64,000 bases of DNA, from NCBI GenBank assembly GCA_963810725.1, contig CAWEOO010000006.1, positions 481 to 64,480 on the forward strand, read 5' to 3'. Below are positions 19,120 to 29,745 of this stretch, piece after piece. Origin of the DNA: an uncultured Chloroflexia bacterium. Lineage in GTDB: Bacteria > Chloroflexota > Limnocylindria > Limnocylindrales > CSP1-4. Below the pieces are notes generated by a model. It made no database searches. It saw only the letters and a program-made list of their open reading frames with translations, and was not told the origin of the DNA. The first letter of the stretch is position 1, and each line of letters opens with the position of its first letter. Both the position numbers and the translations under genes were made by a program.

Positions 19120-19703
19120 TCACGGTCGGCTGACGTTCGCCTCGTCTCGGGCAAGCCACTCGGCGCGGCCGAGTCGATACAACACATGCCGCACGAGCTC
19201 CGGGTTCGCCGCTGGATCGACGCCGTGGATGGTCAAAGTCGCTGGACGGGTCGTGCCGCAGCCCGATCCGCTCCATCACCCGCCGCGACCGCTCGTTCTG
19301 TGGCACGGTGAACGAGACGATCTCGTCGAGGCCGACGTGCTCGAAGCCGAAGCGAAGCGCCTCGCCGCGCTGCCTCGGTGGCGTACCCGTTGCCCCAATG
19401 AGCCCTCGCGAGGCGCCACCCGACCTCGACCGAGCCAGCGCCGGCCAGATCGTCGGCGGGCCACAGCCCCACGTAGCCGATGAAGGGCGCGACGCCGGGG
19501 ACCTCGATCGCCCACAGGCCCAGCCCGCGCTCGTCCCAGCACGCCTCGATGCGGTCCACGAACGCATCGGACTGCATCCGGGTCAGCGCCCCCGCCATGT
19601 GCTCCATGACCGCGGGGTCGGCGTTGAGCGCGGCGAAGGCGTCGCGATCGTCGTCGCGCCACCGGCGCATCAGGAGCCGCCCGGTCCGGATCACGCGGTC
19701 CAT
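19120..19703 (-). pseudogene. GNAT N-acetyltransferase (RimJ/RimL-like) with 2 frame breaks
   Basis: 'IRTGRLLMRRWRDDDRDAFAALNADPAVMEHM..IGYVGLW..VEVGWRLARAHWGNGYATEAA', then 'ALRFGFEHVGLDEIVSFTVPQNERSRRVMERIGL' and 'NPELVRHVLYRLGRAEW' in the other frames. Confidence 0.8.
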
Positions 19704-19756
19704 CGTCGCACGAGCGATGCGCGCCGACGGCCGCCCGTCGGTGGCAGACTTGGACC

Positions 19757-21216
19757 ATGTCGGTGAGCCAAAGCCCGGAGCGCCCGGCACGCCCGTGCGC
19801 CCCGGGACCGGTGGATGACGGCCTCGGCCTGTGGACCGCCGGGCGCCGGAACCTGACGGTCGGGCTGGTCCTCACGGTCACCCTCGTCGCGTTCGAGGCG
19901 CTGGCCGTCTCGACGGTCATGCCGATCGTCGCGCGCGAGCTGCACAACCTCCAGCTCTACGGCTGGGTCTTCACGGCGTTCATGCTCGGCTCGCTCATCG
20001 GCATCGTGGTCGTCGGCGGCATCATCGACCGGCGGGGTCTGGGCATGCCCTTCGCGGTCGGCATCGCGCTGTTCGCGATCGGGCTGATCGTCGGCGGGCT
20101 CGCTCCGTCGATGGAGGTGCTCGTCGCCGGGCGGTTCCTCCAGGGGCTCGGTGCCGGCACCGTGCCGCCCATCGCCTATGTCGCGATCGGCCGGAGCCTC
20201 CCGGAGCGACTGCGGCCGCAGATGTTCGCGACGCTGTCGACCGCGTGGGTGCTGCCCGGGCCTGCTGGGACCGGCGATCGCCGGGCTGTCGGCGAGTCCA
20301 TCGGTTGGCGCTGGGTGTTCCTGGGCCTGCTGCCGCTGATCGCGATCTCGGCCGGCATCGCCTACCCGCAGGTGCGACGGGTCGGGCCGGGAGCGCCGTC
20401 CGATACGGCCGCGACGCTGCGCCAACGCCTGCCGCTGGCGCTCGTCGTCGCCGCCGGCACGGGGCTCCTGCTCGGTGGCCTCACGAGCGGGCAGCCGGCG
20501 CTGCTCGTCGTGCTCGGGACGACCGGGGCCGCGCTCGCGATCCTGGCGCTTCGCCGGCTCACCCCGCCGGGCACCCTGCGCGCGGCGCGCGGCCTGCCGG
20601 CGGCCGTCCTCATCCGCGGCATCATCACGTTCGCCTTCTTCGCCGTGGACGCGTACATCGCGCTGGCGCTCGTGGAGTGGCGCGGCCTGAGCGCGACCGA
20701 GGCCGGCATCAGCCTGACCGCCGCGACGCTCACCTGGACCGCCGGCTCGTGGATCCAGGCCCGCCTCTCGTCGCGCTTCCCGCCGGAGCGGTTCGTGCAG
20801 GCCGGGATCGCGCGTGCTGATCGCCGGCCTCGCGACGTTCCTGGTCGTCCTGTTTCCCCAGTTCTCGCCGTGGTGGGCCGATCCCCACGGTCGGCCTGGC
20901 GGGCCTGGGCATGGGTCTGGCCTACTCGCCGTTGGCGCTGATCGTCCTGCGCGAGGCGGCCGGCGCCGAGCAGGGTCGCGCCTCCTCGGCACTGTCGCTC
21001 ACGGACTCGCTCGGGACGGCCCTCGGGACCGGCATCACCGGGGCCGCGGTGGCTGCGTCCGTCCGGGACACCGGCGCGCCGCTGCGCGGCCTCCTCGTCG
21101 GCTTCGCGATCGCGATCGGCGTCGCGGCTGCTCGGGCTGGTCCTGAGCGGCCGGCTGCGCGTGGCCGCGCGGCGCGTCCGGCGTCGGCGAGCGCCGTTCC
21201 GGCCACCGGTCCCTGA
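19757..21216 (+). pseudogene. MFS transporter with several frame breaks, including a compensating pair at ~20256 and ~20290; 3' end uncertain
   Basis: 'GRFLQGLGAGTVPPIAYVAIGR' and multiple TM helices. Segments 'LLGPAIAGL', 'VLIAGLATFLVVLFPQFSPWWA' and 'GLAYSPLALIVLREAAGAEQGRASS' lie in different frames. Confidence 0.75.
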
Positions 21217-21336
21217 GCGTCCGGCGCCGCCGTTCGCCTGCGGTAGACTTTCCGCTGGCCCGGGGTGCGCCCGCCGGCCGCCACCGCCACCATCACCCAG
21301 CGCCTATCCACCGACCCGCTCCGAGGTCCCGAGCCG

Positions 21337-21858
21337 ATGTCCGCCGAGTCGCTCCGCGAGAAGATCCGCGAGATCCCCGACTTCCCGAAGCCCGGCATCC
21401 TCTTCTACGACATCACGACGCTGCTCAAGGACCCCGCCGCGTACAAGGAGGCGATCGACCTCATGCTCGAGCCGTACAAGGACGAGCAGATCGACATCGT
21501 CGTCGGCATGGAGTCGCGCGGGTTCATCTTCAGCTCGCCCATGGCCTACCAGCTGGACGCCGGCCTCGTGCCGGTCCGCAAGCTCGGCAAGCTGCCGGCG
21601 GAGACGATCACCGTCGAGTACGCCCTCGAGTACGGGTCCAACACGCTCGAGATCCATCGCGACGCGATCCAGCCAGGCCAGAAGGTCCTGATCGTCGACG
21701 ACCTGCTCGCGACCGGCGGCACGGTCAAGGGCACGATCGAGCTCATCGAGCGGCTCAAGGGCGAGGTCGTCGGCCTGGGCTTCCTGGTCGAGCTCGGCTT
21801 CCTCAAGGGTCGCGACCGCCTGGAAGGACGCCGGGTCACCAGCGTCGTCCAGTACTGA
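21337..21858 (+). CDS. apt: Adenine phosphoribosyltransferase
   Basis: 'IREIPDFPKPGILFYDITTLL', 'VVGMESRGFIF' and the PRPP motif 'VLIVDDLLATGGT'. Confidence 0.9.
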   Translation: MSAESLREKIREIPDFPKPGILFYDITTLLKDPAAYKEAIDLMLEPYKDEQIDIVVGMESRGFIFSSPMAYQLDAGLVPVRKLGKLPAETITVEYALEYGSNTLEIHRDAIQPGQKVLIVDDLLATGGTVKGTIELIERLKGEVVGLGFLVELGFLKGRDRLEGRRVTSVVQY

Positions 21859-21882
21859 CGTCCGCCCGAGGCCCGCACGCGA

Positions 21883-23311
21883 TTGACCGATCCGACCGAT
21901 ACCCGACCTCCCCAGCCGGACCCGGTGAGTCCGCCGGGTGAAGGCGCCGACCTCGCCCGGCGGCGCTTCTTCCGGCAGTTCGCCGGCGACCTGTTCCACG
22001 GCGCCGCGGGCGTCGTCGGCGCGGCGCAGGCGCTGCAGCGTGTCTCCGCCGAGGCTGCCGGCGCGATCCTCGACCCGAGCTCGGTGGCGATCGCCCGCCG
22101 CCGCGGCCGTGCCCGGCCGTCCCCGCGCACCCGACCGGCTTCCGGACGCCGTTCCGCGAGACCCCGGGCAGTCCTCCATCTCGTCGACCAGCGCAAGCTG
22201 CCCGACGTGCTCGAGGAGTACCGCGTCCGGTCGGCATCGGAGGCGGCCTACGCGATCCGCGAGATGATCGTGCGCGGGGCTCCGGCCATCGGCCAGGTCG
22301 GTGCGATCGGGCTGACGCTCACCGCGGACAAGGCCCGGACCACGCGCCCCTACGCCCGTCGTGCCACGTTCCGTGGCGCGGCAAAGACGCTCATCAACGC
22401 GCGTCCCACGGCGGTCAACCTGCGCTGGGCGGTCGAACGGGTCATGGCCGCCTACGAGGCGGTCGGCGACCTGTCCGAGGATGGCGACGCCATCGCCGAC
22501 GCGATGCGCGCCGAGGCCGACACGATCGTCTTCGAGACGACCGAGGACCACGGCCGTCTCGCGCTGACCGGCCTCGACGCGCTCGAGGCGCTCGGATTCC
22601 CGGAGGATCGGCCGCTGCGGATCCTGACCCACTGCAACACCGGGCCCCTCGCCTGCGGCCAGTACGGCACCGCGCTGGGCGTCGTCCAGGCGGCCCATCA
22701 CGGCGGCCGCGCGGTCCACGTGTGGGTCGACGAGACCCGGCCCTATCTCCAGGGGGCGCGGCTGACCGCCTGGGAGCTGGCCCAGGCCGGCGTCCCGCAC
22801 ACCCTGATCCCGGACGTGGCCGCCGGCCACCTCATGGCGACCGGCGAAGTGGACGTCGTCCTCGTCGGGGCCGACCGCATCGCCGCCAACGGCGACACGG
22901 CGAACAAGGTCGGGACGTACACGCTGGCCGTGCTGGCGGCGCCGCCACGGCATCCCGTTCTTCGTCGCGGCGCCGATCAGCACGGTGGACCTCGGAACAC
23001 CGGACGGTGGCGCGATCCCGATCGAGGAGCGCAAGGCGAACGAGGTCCTGTTCGTGCGTGGCGTGAGCATCGCTCCGCCGGACACGGATGTGCGGAACCC
23101 GGCATTCGACGTGACGCCGTCGGACCTCATCACGGGCTTCATCAGCGACGAGGGCGTGATCCGGGCCCCGTACGCCGATGGCCTGGCCGAGGCGGTGGCC
23201 CGACGGGAGGTCCGACGCGCGGCGGCGCCCGGGTTCGGAGCGCTGGTCGCGGCCGCCACGGTCAGCCCCGTCGACACAGCCGCTGATCCGGCCGTGGCGG
23301 TCGAGTCCTGA
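21883..23311 (+). pseudogene. mtnA: S-methyl-5-thioribose-1-phosphate isomerase (eIF-2B alpha/beta/delta family) with an N-terminal extension and a frame break at ~22950
   Basis: 'LHLVDQRKLPDVLEEY..IREMIVRGAPAIG', 'ARPTAVNLRWA', 'ILTHCNTG' and 'VLVGADRIAANGDTANKVGTY'. The C-terminus 'VDLGTPDGGAIPIEERKANEV..NPAFDVTP' is in the frame of ORF 22985. Confidence 0.8.
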
Positions 23312-24178
23312 TGGCCACCATCGCGATCGGCCGGCGCCCGGCCGCCATCGCTCGCCAGACGACCGACCGCGCCCTGCTCCACGACTTCCTCGATCAGGAC
23401 CGGCTGTACGCGGCCTATGCGATCTGCGACCTCGAGGAGCGCGAGTTCGGGCGCACGCGCTGGGGCGCCGCCTACGACGGCGACGAGCTCGTCGCCGTCG
23501 GGATGGAGTACACGGGCCCTACCCCGCAGCCCCTGTTCGTCCTGGGCCGGCCCGACGGCATCAGCGCCGTGCTGCGCGACGTGATCCGGCCGCGCGCCGC
23601 GTACATCGCCGCCCGCACGACGATGCTCCCGGCCGTGGAAGCGCACTACCGCGTCGATCCCGGGCCGCAGATGGTCCGGATGTGGGTCGATCGGGCCAGG
23701 TTCCGGCCCGTACCCGGCGACGGTCCAGCGGCTGCTGCCGGTCGAGATCGGCGAGCTCAACCGCCTCTATCAGCTCGGCTTCGCGTCGTGGCTGCCGTCG
23801 GGCGCGATCGCCGATGGCGTCTACTACGGGATGCGCGTCAACGGCCAGCTCGTGGCCGCTGCCGGCACGCACGTGGTCAGTCCGGCGGCCCGGCTGGCGG
23901 TCGTCGGCAACGTCCTGACCCATCTCGACTATCGTGGACGCGGCTTTGCGACCGCTGTGACCGGTGCCGTGACCGCGGAACTGTTGCGGTCGTGCGACCA
24001 GATCGTCCTCAACGTCCGGGCGGACAACCCGCCCGCGATCAACGCCTACCGACGGTTGGGCTTCATCGAGCACGCGCGCTTCGAGGAGCGCCTCATCCAT
24101 CGCCTCGGCTCGCCCTGGCCCGACCTCACGGCGCCGCTGCGCCGCCTCTTCGCCCGCAAGGAGATCGACCCCCGATGA
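23311..24178 (+). pseudogene. GNAT acetyltransferase (FR47-like C-terminal half) with a frame break at ~23715
   Basis: Its ATG overlaps the mtnA stop (TGATG). '[23 protein letters not shown]...[19 protein letters not shown]' is in the frame of ORF 23831. Its stop overlaps the ahcY ATG. Confidence 0.7.
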
Positions 24179-25453
24179 CCGACGCCGCGATCCAGCCCGC
24201 CCACGACGTGACCGACCTCGGCTTGGCCGAGGAGGGCGTCCGGCGGATCGAGTGGGCCGAACGCGAGATGCCCGTCCTGCGCTTGATCCGCGAGCGCTTC
24301 GAGCGCGAGCGACCGCTCGACGGCCTGCGCATCGGGGCGTGCCTGCACGTCACGACCGAGACGGCCAACCTCATGCGCACGCTCAAGGCCGGCGGTGCCG
24401 ACGTCGTGCTCGCGGCCTCGAACCCGCTCTCGACCAAGGACGACGTCGCGGCGGCCCTCGTGGCCGAGTACGGCATCGCGACGTTCGCCCGTCGGGGCGA
24501 GGACCGCGACACCTACTACGACCACCTCAAGAGCGTCGCCGACACGCACCCGCAGATCACGATGGACGACGGCTGCGACCTCGTGTCGCTCCTCCACAGC
24601 GAGCGGCCCGACCAGGTCAAGGAGGTCCTCGCCGGCACGGAGGAGACGACGACCGGCGTCATCCGGCTCAAGGCGATGGCCGCCGACAAGGCCCTCGGCT
24701 TCCCGGTCGTGGCGGTCAACGAGGCCCAGACCAAGCACCTGTTCGACAACCGCTACGGCACCGGGCAGAGCACGCTCGACGGCATCCTGCGGGCCACGAA
24801 CATCCTCATCGCCGGGCGCAAGGTCGTCGTCGCGGGCTACGGCTGGGTCGGCAAGGGGATCGCCTCGCGGATGGACGGCCACGGCGCCCACGTCGCGGTC
24901 GTCGAGGTCGATCCGGTCCGCGCCCTGGAGGCCCTGATGGACGGCTTCGCGGTGATGAGCCACGGCGACGCCGCCCGCTGGGGCGAGCTGTTCGTGACCG
25001 CGACCGGCAACCTCAACGTGTTCCGGCGCGAGCACTTCGAGGCCATGCAGGACGGCGCGATCATGGCCAACTCCGGCCATTTCGACGCGGAGCTGGATCT
25101 CGCGGCGCTGCGCGCGCTGGCCGAAGGGCACGTGCGCGAGGTGCGCGAGAACGTCCAGGAGTTCGATCTCGGCGGGAAGAAGCTCAATCTCATCGCCGAG
25201 GGCCGCCTCGTCAACCTGGGCGCGGCCGAGGGCCACCCGGCCGCGGTCATGGACATGAGCTTCGCGAACCAGGCGCTGTGCGCCGAGTACGTCGCCCAGC
25301 ATCACGCCGAGCTCGAGCCGCATGGTCTACGTCGTCCCCGAGGCGATCGACGCCGAGGTCGCCCGGCTCAAGCTGGCCGCGCTCGGGATCGAGCTCGAGC
25401 CGATGACGGCCGAGCAGGCCGACTACGTGTCGTCCTGGCAGCACGGGACCTAG
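24175..25453 (+). pseudogene. ahcY: Adenosylhomocysteinase with a frame break at ~25322
   Basis: '[11 protein letters not shown]', '[13 protein letters not shown]', 'GTEETTTGV' and NAD site '[12 protein letters not shown]'. The C-terminus '[42 protein letters not shown]' is in the +1 frame. Confidence 0.9.
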
Positions 25454-25462
25454 ATCGGACGG

Positions 25463-25825
25463 TCAGTTCGGCGGCCGGTTGGGATCAGGCAGGTCCTGGG
25501 CTCCGAGGTAGACCATCTGGCCGGCCTCGTCGACGCAGCCGGTCTTCGAGATCTCCCCGTTGAAGGAGAGGATGCTTCCGAATCCGTCGAGGAGCGACGT
25601 GGGTCGGTCTCGGTCGAACGTGAAGGTTCCGGGCGGTCGCGGTCGCACCGCCAGATCTCGGCCGGTCGCAAGGTCGGTCGCCCACACCATTCGGGGATCA
25701 TGGGCATCGACATGGAGCTCGGCGCGCAACGGCCGCTCGACGCAGGTCACAGCCGGCGCCACGGGCTCGGTTCCGCCGCAACCGACCACAACGAGCAGTG
25801 CGACCCCGAGGAGTCCTTCCCGCAT
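25463..25825 (-). CDS. Small lipoprotein of unknown function
   Basis: Lipobox '[10 protein letters not shown]'. 120 aa. Confidence 0.55.
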   Translation of the reverse strand: MREGLLGVALLVVVGCGGTEPVAPAVTCVERPLRAELHVDAHDPRMVWATDLATGRDLAVRPRPPGTFTFDRDRPTSLLDGFGSILSFNGEISKTGCVDEAGQMVYLGAQDLPDPNRPPN

Positions 25826-25906
25826 CGTGCCCGAAGTCTACGCTTCACCGCCCGCGGCCTTTGGCCGAGTCGCCCTCTGGCTCCCCGATCTCCCGTGGGC
25901 GATGAA

Positions 25907-25944
25907 TTGGCGCCGAGGCGGAACGGGGTAGAGTTCCGCCGATG
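25907..25944 (+). promoter_or_regulatory. Putative promoter (TTGGCG-16 nt-TAGAGT) giving a leaderless S9 peptidase mRNA
   Basis: TAGAGT at 25929-25934 is 7 nt upstream of ATG 25942, with no SD sequence. Confidence 0.3.
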
Positions 25945-27970
25945 ACTGACGATCGACCGCTGTCGACCGCCGACGGGACATTCGCCGACGACCAGCGCGA
26001 CGAGTTGCCGCGACTGCCTCACGGGAGCTGGCCGTCGCCGCTCCGCATCGAGGACCTGCTCGGCGATTCGGTCCGGCTCGGTGAGCCGTGGATCGACGGC
26101 GACGAGATCTACTGGATCGAGAGCCGGCCCGCCGAAGCCGGCCGGAGCGTCCTCGTGCGGCGCGCGGCCGACGGCACGACCGAGGACGTGACGCGCGCGC
26201 CGTTCGACGTCCGGACGAGCGTCCACGAATACGGCGGCGGCTCGTACACGGTGGCCGGTGGCACGGTCGTCTTCTCGAACCGGGCTGACGGCCGGCTGTA
26301 CCGCCTGGACCCGGGCGGCGCGGAGGCCGAGCCCATCACGCCCGAGGGTGACTACCGCTACGCCGACCTGCGGTTCGACCGCGGGCGCCGCCGGTTCCTG
26401 GCCGTGCGCGAGGATCACAGCGGCGATGGCGAGGCCGTCGCGACGATCGTCGACGTGCCCCTCGATGGCGAACGGGCGCCGCGGGTCCTCGTCGAAGGCC
26501 CCGACTTCCTCGCCGCTCCCCGTCTGTCGCCGGACGGGACCCGGCTCGCCTGGCTCGAGTGGGACCACCCGGACATGCCGTGGGACTCGACCCGCCTGCG
26601 GATCGCCCCGGTCCGGAGCGACGGCTATCTCGATCCCTCGGACCTGGCGGCGGGCGGCCTGGACGAGTCGATCGTCCAGCCCGAGTGGTCGCCAGACGGG
26701 GTGCTGCATCTCGTAAGCGATCGGAGCGGGTGGTGGAACCTCTACCGGCTCGTCGACGGCCCGCGGCTCGAGCCGCTCGCGCCGATGGACGCGGAGTTCG
26801 CGAAGCCGGCCTGGGTGTTCGATCGCTCCACCTACGGCTTCCTGCCCGACGGCTCGATCGCCGCGGTCGCCCGTGGCCGCGGTCGGGACCGGATCGTCCA
26901 CATCGCCCCGGGCCACCTCACCGGCGAGGTCGAGACGCCGTTCACCGAGTATCGCCGGCCTGCGGGCCGGCCCCAACGCGATCGTGGCCATCGCGGCCTC
27001 CCCGGCCGAGTCATCGATGGTCGTGGCGCTCGATCTGACGACGCTGGCACCGACCGGCGTGCTGCGGCGCTCGAGCTCGCTGGCGATGGACCCGGCCTGG
27101 ACCTCGGTCGCCGAGGCGATCACGTTCCCGAGCGCCGGCGGGCGCATCGCCCATGGCCTGTATTACGCACCGACGAACCCGGACGTCGTCGGCCCGGACG
27201 GCGAGCTGCCACCGCTCCTGGTCCGCTCCCATGGCGGCCCGACGGCGAACGCGGCGAATGCCCTGAGCCTCGAGTTCCAGCTGCTGACCAGCCGCGGCAT
27301 CGCCGTGGTCGATGTCGACTACGGCGGCAGCACGGGCTACGGACGCGAGTATCGCCAGGCCCTCGATGGCAACTGGGGCGTCGTCGATGTCGACGACTGT
27401 GAGGCCGCCGCGCGCTACCTGGTCGCCCGCGGTGACGTGGACCCCGAGCGGCTCGCGATCGAAGGTGGCAGCTCGGGTGGCTACACGACGCTGGCTGCCC
27501 TCGCCTTCCGCGATACGTTCGCGGCCGGGATCAGCCTGTACGGGATCGGCGATCTGGAGGCGCTCGTCCACGACGACCACAAGTTCGAGTCGCGCTATGT
27601 CGAGCGGCTCGTCGGACCCTATCCGGAGGTGGCGGAGCTGTACCGCGAGCGGTCGCCGAATCACCACCTCGATGAGGTCTCGTGCCCGGTGCTCGTCCTG
27701 CAGGGGCTCGAGGATCGGATGGTGCCGCCCCGCCACGCCGAGGCGATCGTCGCGGCCCTCGAGGCCAACGGCATCCCGCATGCCTACCTCGCGTTCGAGG
27801 GGGAGGGCCACGGCTTCCGCGGCGCGGACGCGATCCGGAGGACCCTGGAAGCACGCCTGTCGTTCCTGGGCGCGGTCTTCGGCTTCGTGCCCGCGGATGA
27901 CCTGCCGCCGCTCGAGATCCCCGGCCTGGCCGAGTGGGCCGGCCGTCGGACGCGCGTCGCCGCCCGATAG
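25942..27970 (+). pseudogene. S9 family serine peptidase (prolyl oligopeptidase/acylaminoacyl peptidase-like) with a frame break at ~26955
   Basis: N-terminal beta-propeller ('PRLSPDGTRLAWLEW', 'PEWSPDGVLHLVSDRSGWWNLY'). The catalytic domain is in the frame of ORF 26873 with 'IEGGSSGGYT' (GxSxGG), 'LVLQGLEDRMVP' and 'GEGHGF'. Confidence 0.85.
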
Positions 27971-27994
27971 CCGCGGACGCCGGTCAGCTCGCCC

Positions 27995-29704
27995 GTGCCC
28001 CTCGCCGTGACCGATCCGGCGCTGACCCATGACCTGGGCCCCATCCAGCTCGTCTTCGTCACGCTCGTCGCCGCGATCGGGCTGACCTACCTCGCCCGGC
28101 GCCTGCGCATCGCCGACCCGATCCTGCTCCTGCTCGGCGGCATCGTCCTGGGCCAGCTGCCGGATCTCCCCGACATCGTGCTCGCGCCGGACATCGTGTT
28201 CCTGCTGTTCCTGCCGCCGATCCTGTTCGGAGCCGCCTACTTCACGCCGATCCGCGACTTCCGGGCGAACCTGCGCCCGATCCTGTTGCTGGCCATCGGC
28301 CTGGTGCTGTTCACGACGGTCGTGGTGGCCTTCGTCGCCGCGGCAGCCTCACGGGCATGCCGGTCGCTGCGGCGCTCGCACTCGGGGCCATCGTCGCGCC
28401 ACCGGACGCCGTCGCCGCCACGGCGATCTTCCGGCGCCTTGGGGTCCCGCGCCGGATCGTGACGATCCTCGAAGGGGAGAGCCTGCTCAACGACGCCTCG
28501 GCACTGATCGCCTATCGGGCCGCGGTGGCCGCGTGCCGCGGTCTCGGGAACCGCCGCCTTCTCGATCGGCAACGCGGCCGGCGACTTCGGCAGCGCTGTT
28601 GTGACTTCGTCGTCGTCGCGGCCGGCGGCTTGGCCATCGGGGCGATCGTCGGCGCGATCATCACGCGGACCCTGCACCGGACCGCGGATCCGGTCATGGA
28701 GATCATCGTCTCGTTGCTGGCACCGGCGAGTGCCTATCTCGCGGCGGAGCAGGTCGGCATGTCCGGCGTCCTGGCCACGGTCGTGGCGGGACTCATCACC
28801 GGCCAGCGCGCCGCGCGGGTCCTCTCACCGGACGCGCGACTCATGGGCGCCGGCGTGTGGCAGACCCTCATCTGGCTCATCAACGCCTTCGTGTTCATGC
28901 TCATCGGGTTGCAACTGCCGGCGATCCTCCGGGCGGTCCTCGTGGACCACCCCCCCGAGGAGTTGCTCGCGCTGGGCGTGGCCGTGAGCGCCACGGCCAT
29001 CGTGGCGCGCATCGTGTGGGTCTACCCGGCGACCTACCTGCCGCGCATGCTGAGCGCCAAGCTCCGAGCCCGCGACCCGTCCCCGCCGGCCCGCGCCGTG
29101 TTCATCCTCTCGTGGGCCGGGATGCGCGGCGTCGTGTCGCTGGCCGCCGCGTTCGCCCTGCCGCCCGACTTCCCGAGGCGCGACCTCATCCTGTTCCTCA
29201 CCTTCTGCGTGATCCTGGCCACGCTGATCGGCCAGGGCCTGACGTTGCCGTGGCTCATCCGCGCACCTCGGCGTCCTCGCGCCGCCAGGTGCGAATGGCG
29301 AGGAGGTCCACGCCCGGCTGGCCGCCGTCGAAGCCGCGCTTCAGCGTCTCGAGGAGCTGAAGAACGACTACCCCGACCACCTGCCGCTCATCGAACAGCT
29401 GCGCGAGGAGTACGAGCACGAGGCGGGCCACGTGATGCCGAGCCGGGGCGCCGGACCCGACGAAGCGGAGCAGGAACTGCTCGACCATCGGGCGATCCGA
29501 AACGCCGTCCTCGTCGCCGAGCGAGAGGCAGTGATCGCGTTGCGCGACGCCCGGGTCATCAACGACGAGACGCTTCGCGCGATCGAGCGCGACCTGGACC
29601 TCGAGGCGCTGCGGGTCGGGGCCACCGACCCGGCCGAGGCTCGGGTGCCGGCGCCTGACCCACCCCGGACGAACGTCCCGCGTCGGTTTCCACGCCTCGG
29701 GTGA
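27995..29704 (+). pseudogene. Na+/H+ antiporter (CPA1/NhaP type) with at least 4 frame breaks (~28350, ~28533, ~28597, ~29265)
   Basis: 'ILFGAAYFTPIRDF', 'ILEGESLLNDASALIAY' and 'SWAGMRGVVSLAAA'. The C-terminal regulatory tail 'EQELLDHRAIRNAVLVAEREAVIALRD' is in the frame of ORF 29432. Confidence 0.8.
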
Positions 29705-29745
29705 TACCCTCCGGGCAACCCTTAAAGACGGAGAGAGACCCCCAA

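Noticed and set aside
21304-23760. An 818-aa antisense ORF spanning apt, mtnA and the GNAT. Similar giant ORFs are 15069-17747 (892 aa), 52929-54911 (660 aa), 44734-46545 (603 aa), 11636-13597 (653 aa) and 38004-39836 (610 aa).
   Set aside because: Their translations are Arg/Pro/Gly/Ala-rich low-complexity sequence with no motifs. They lie opposite or out of frame to genes with clear conserved motifs. This is the classic stop-codon-poor artefact of very GC-rich DNA.
29600-29745. A SAM riboswitch upstream of metK.
   Set aside because: The antiporter coding frame runs to 29704, leaving only ~40 nt before the metK GTG. No SAM-I, SAM-IV or SAM-II-like conserved elements are visible.
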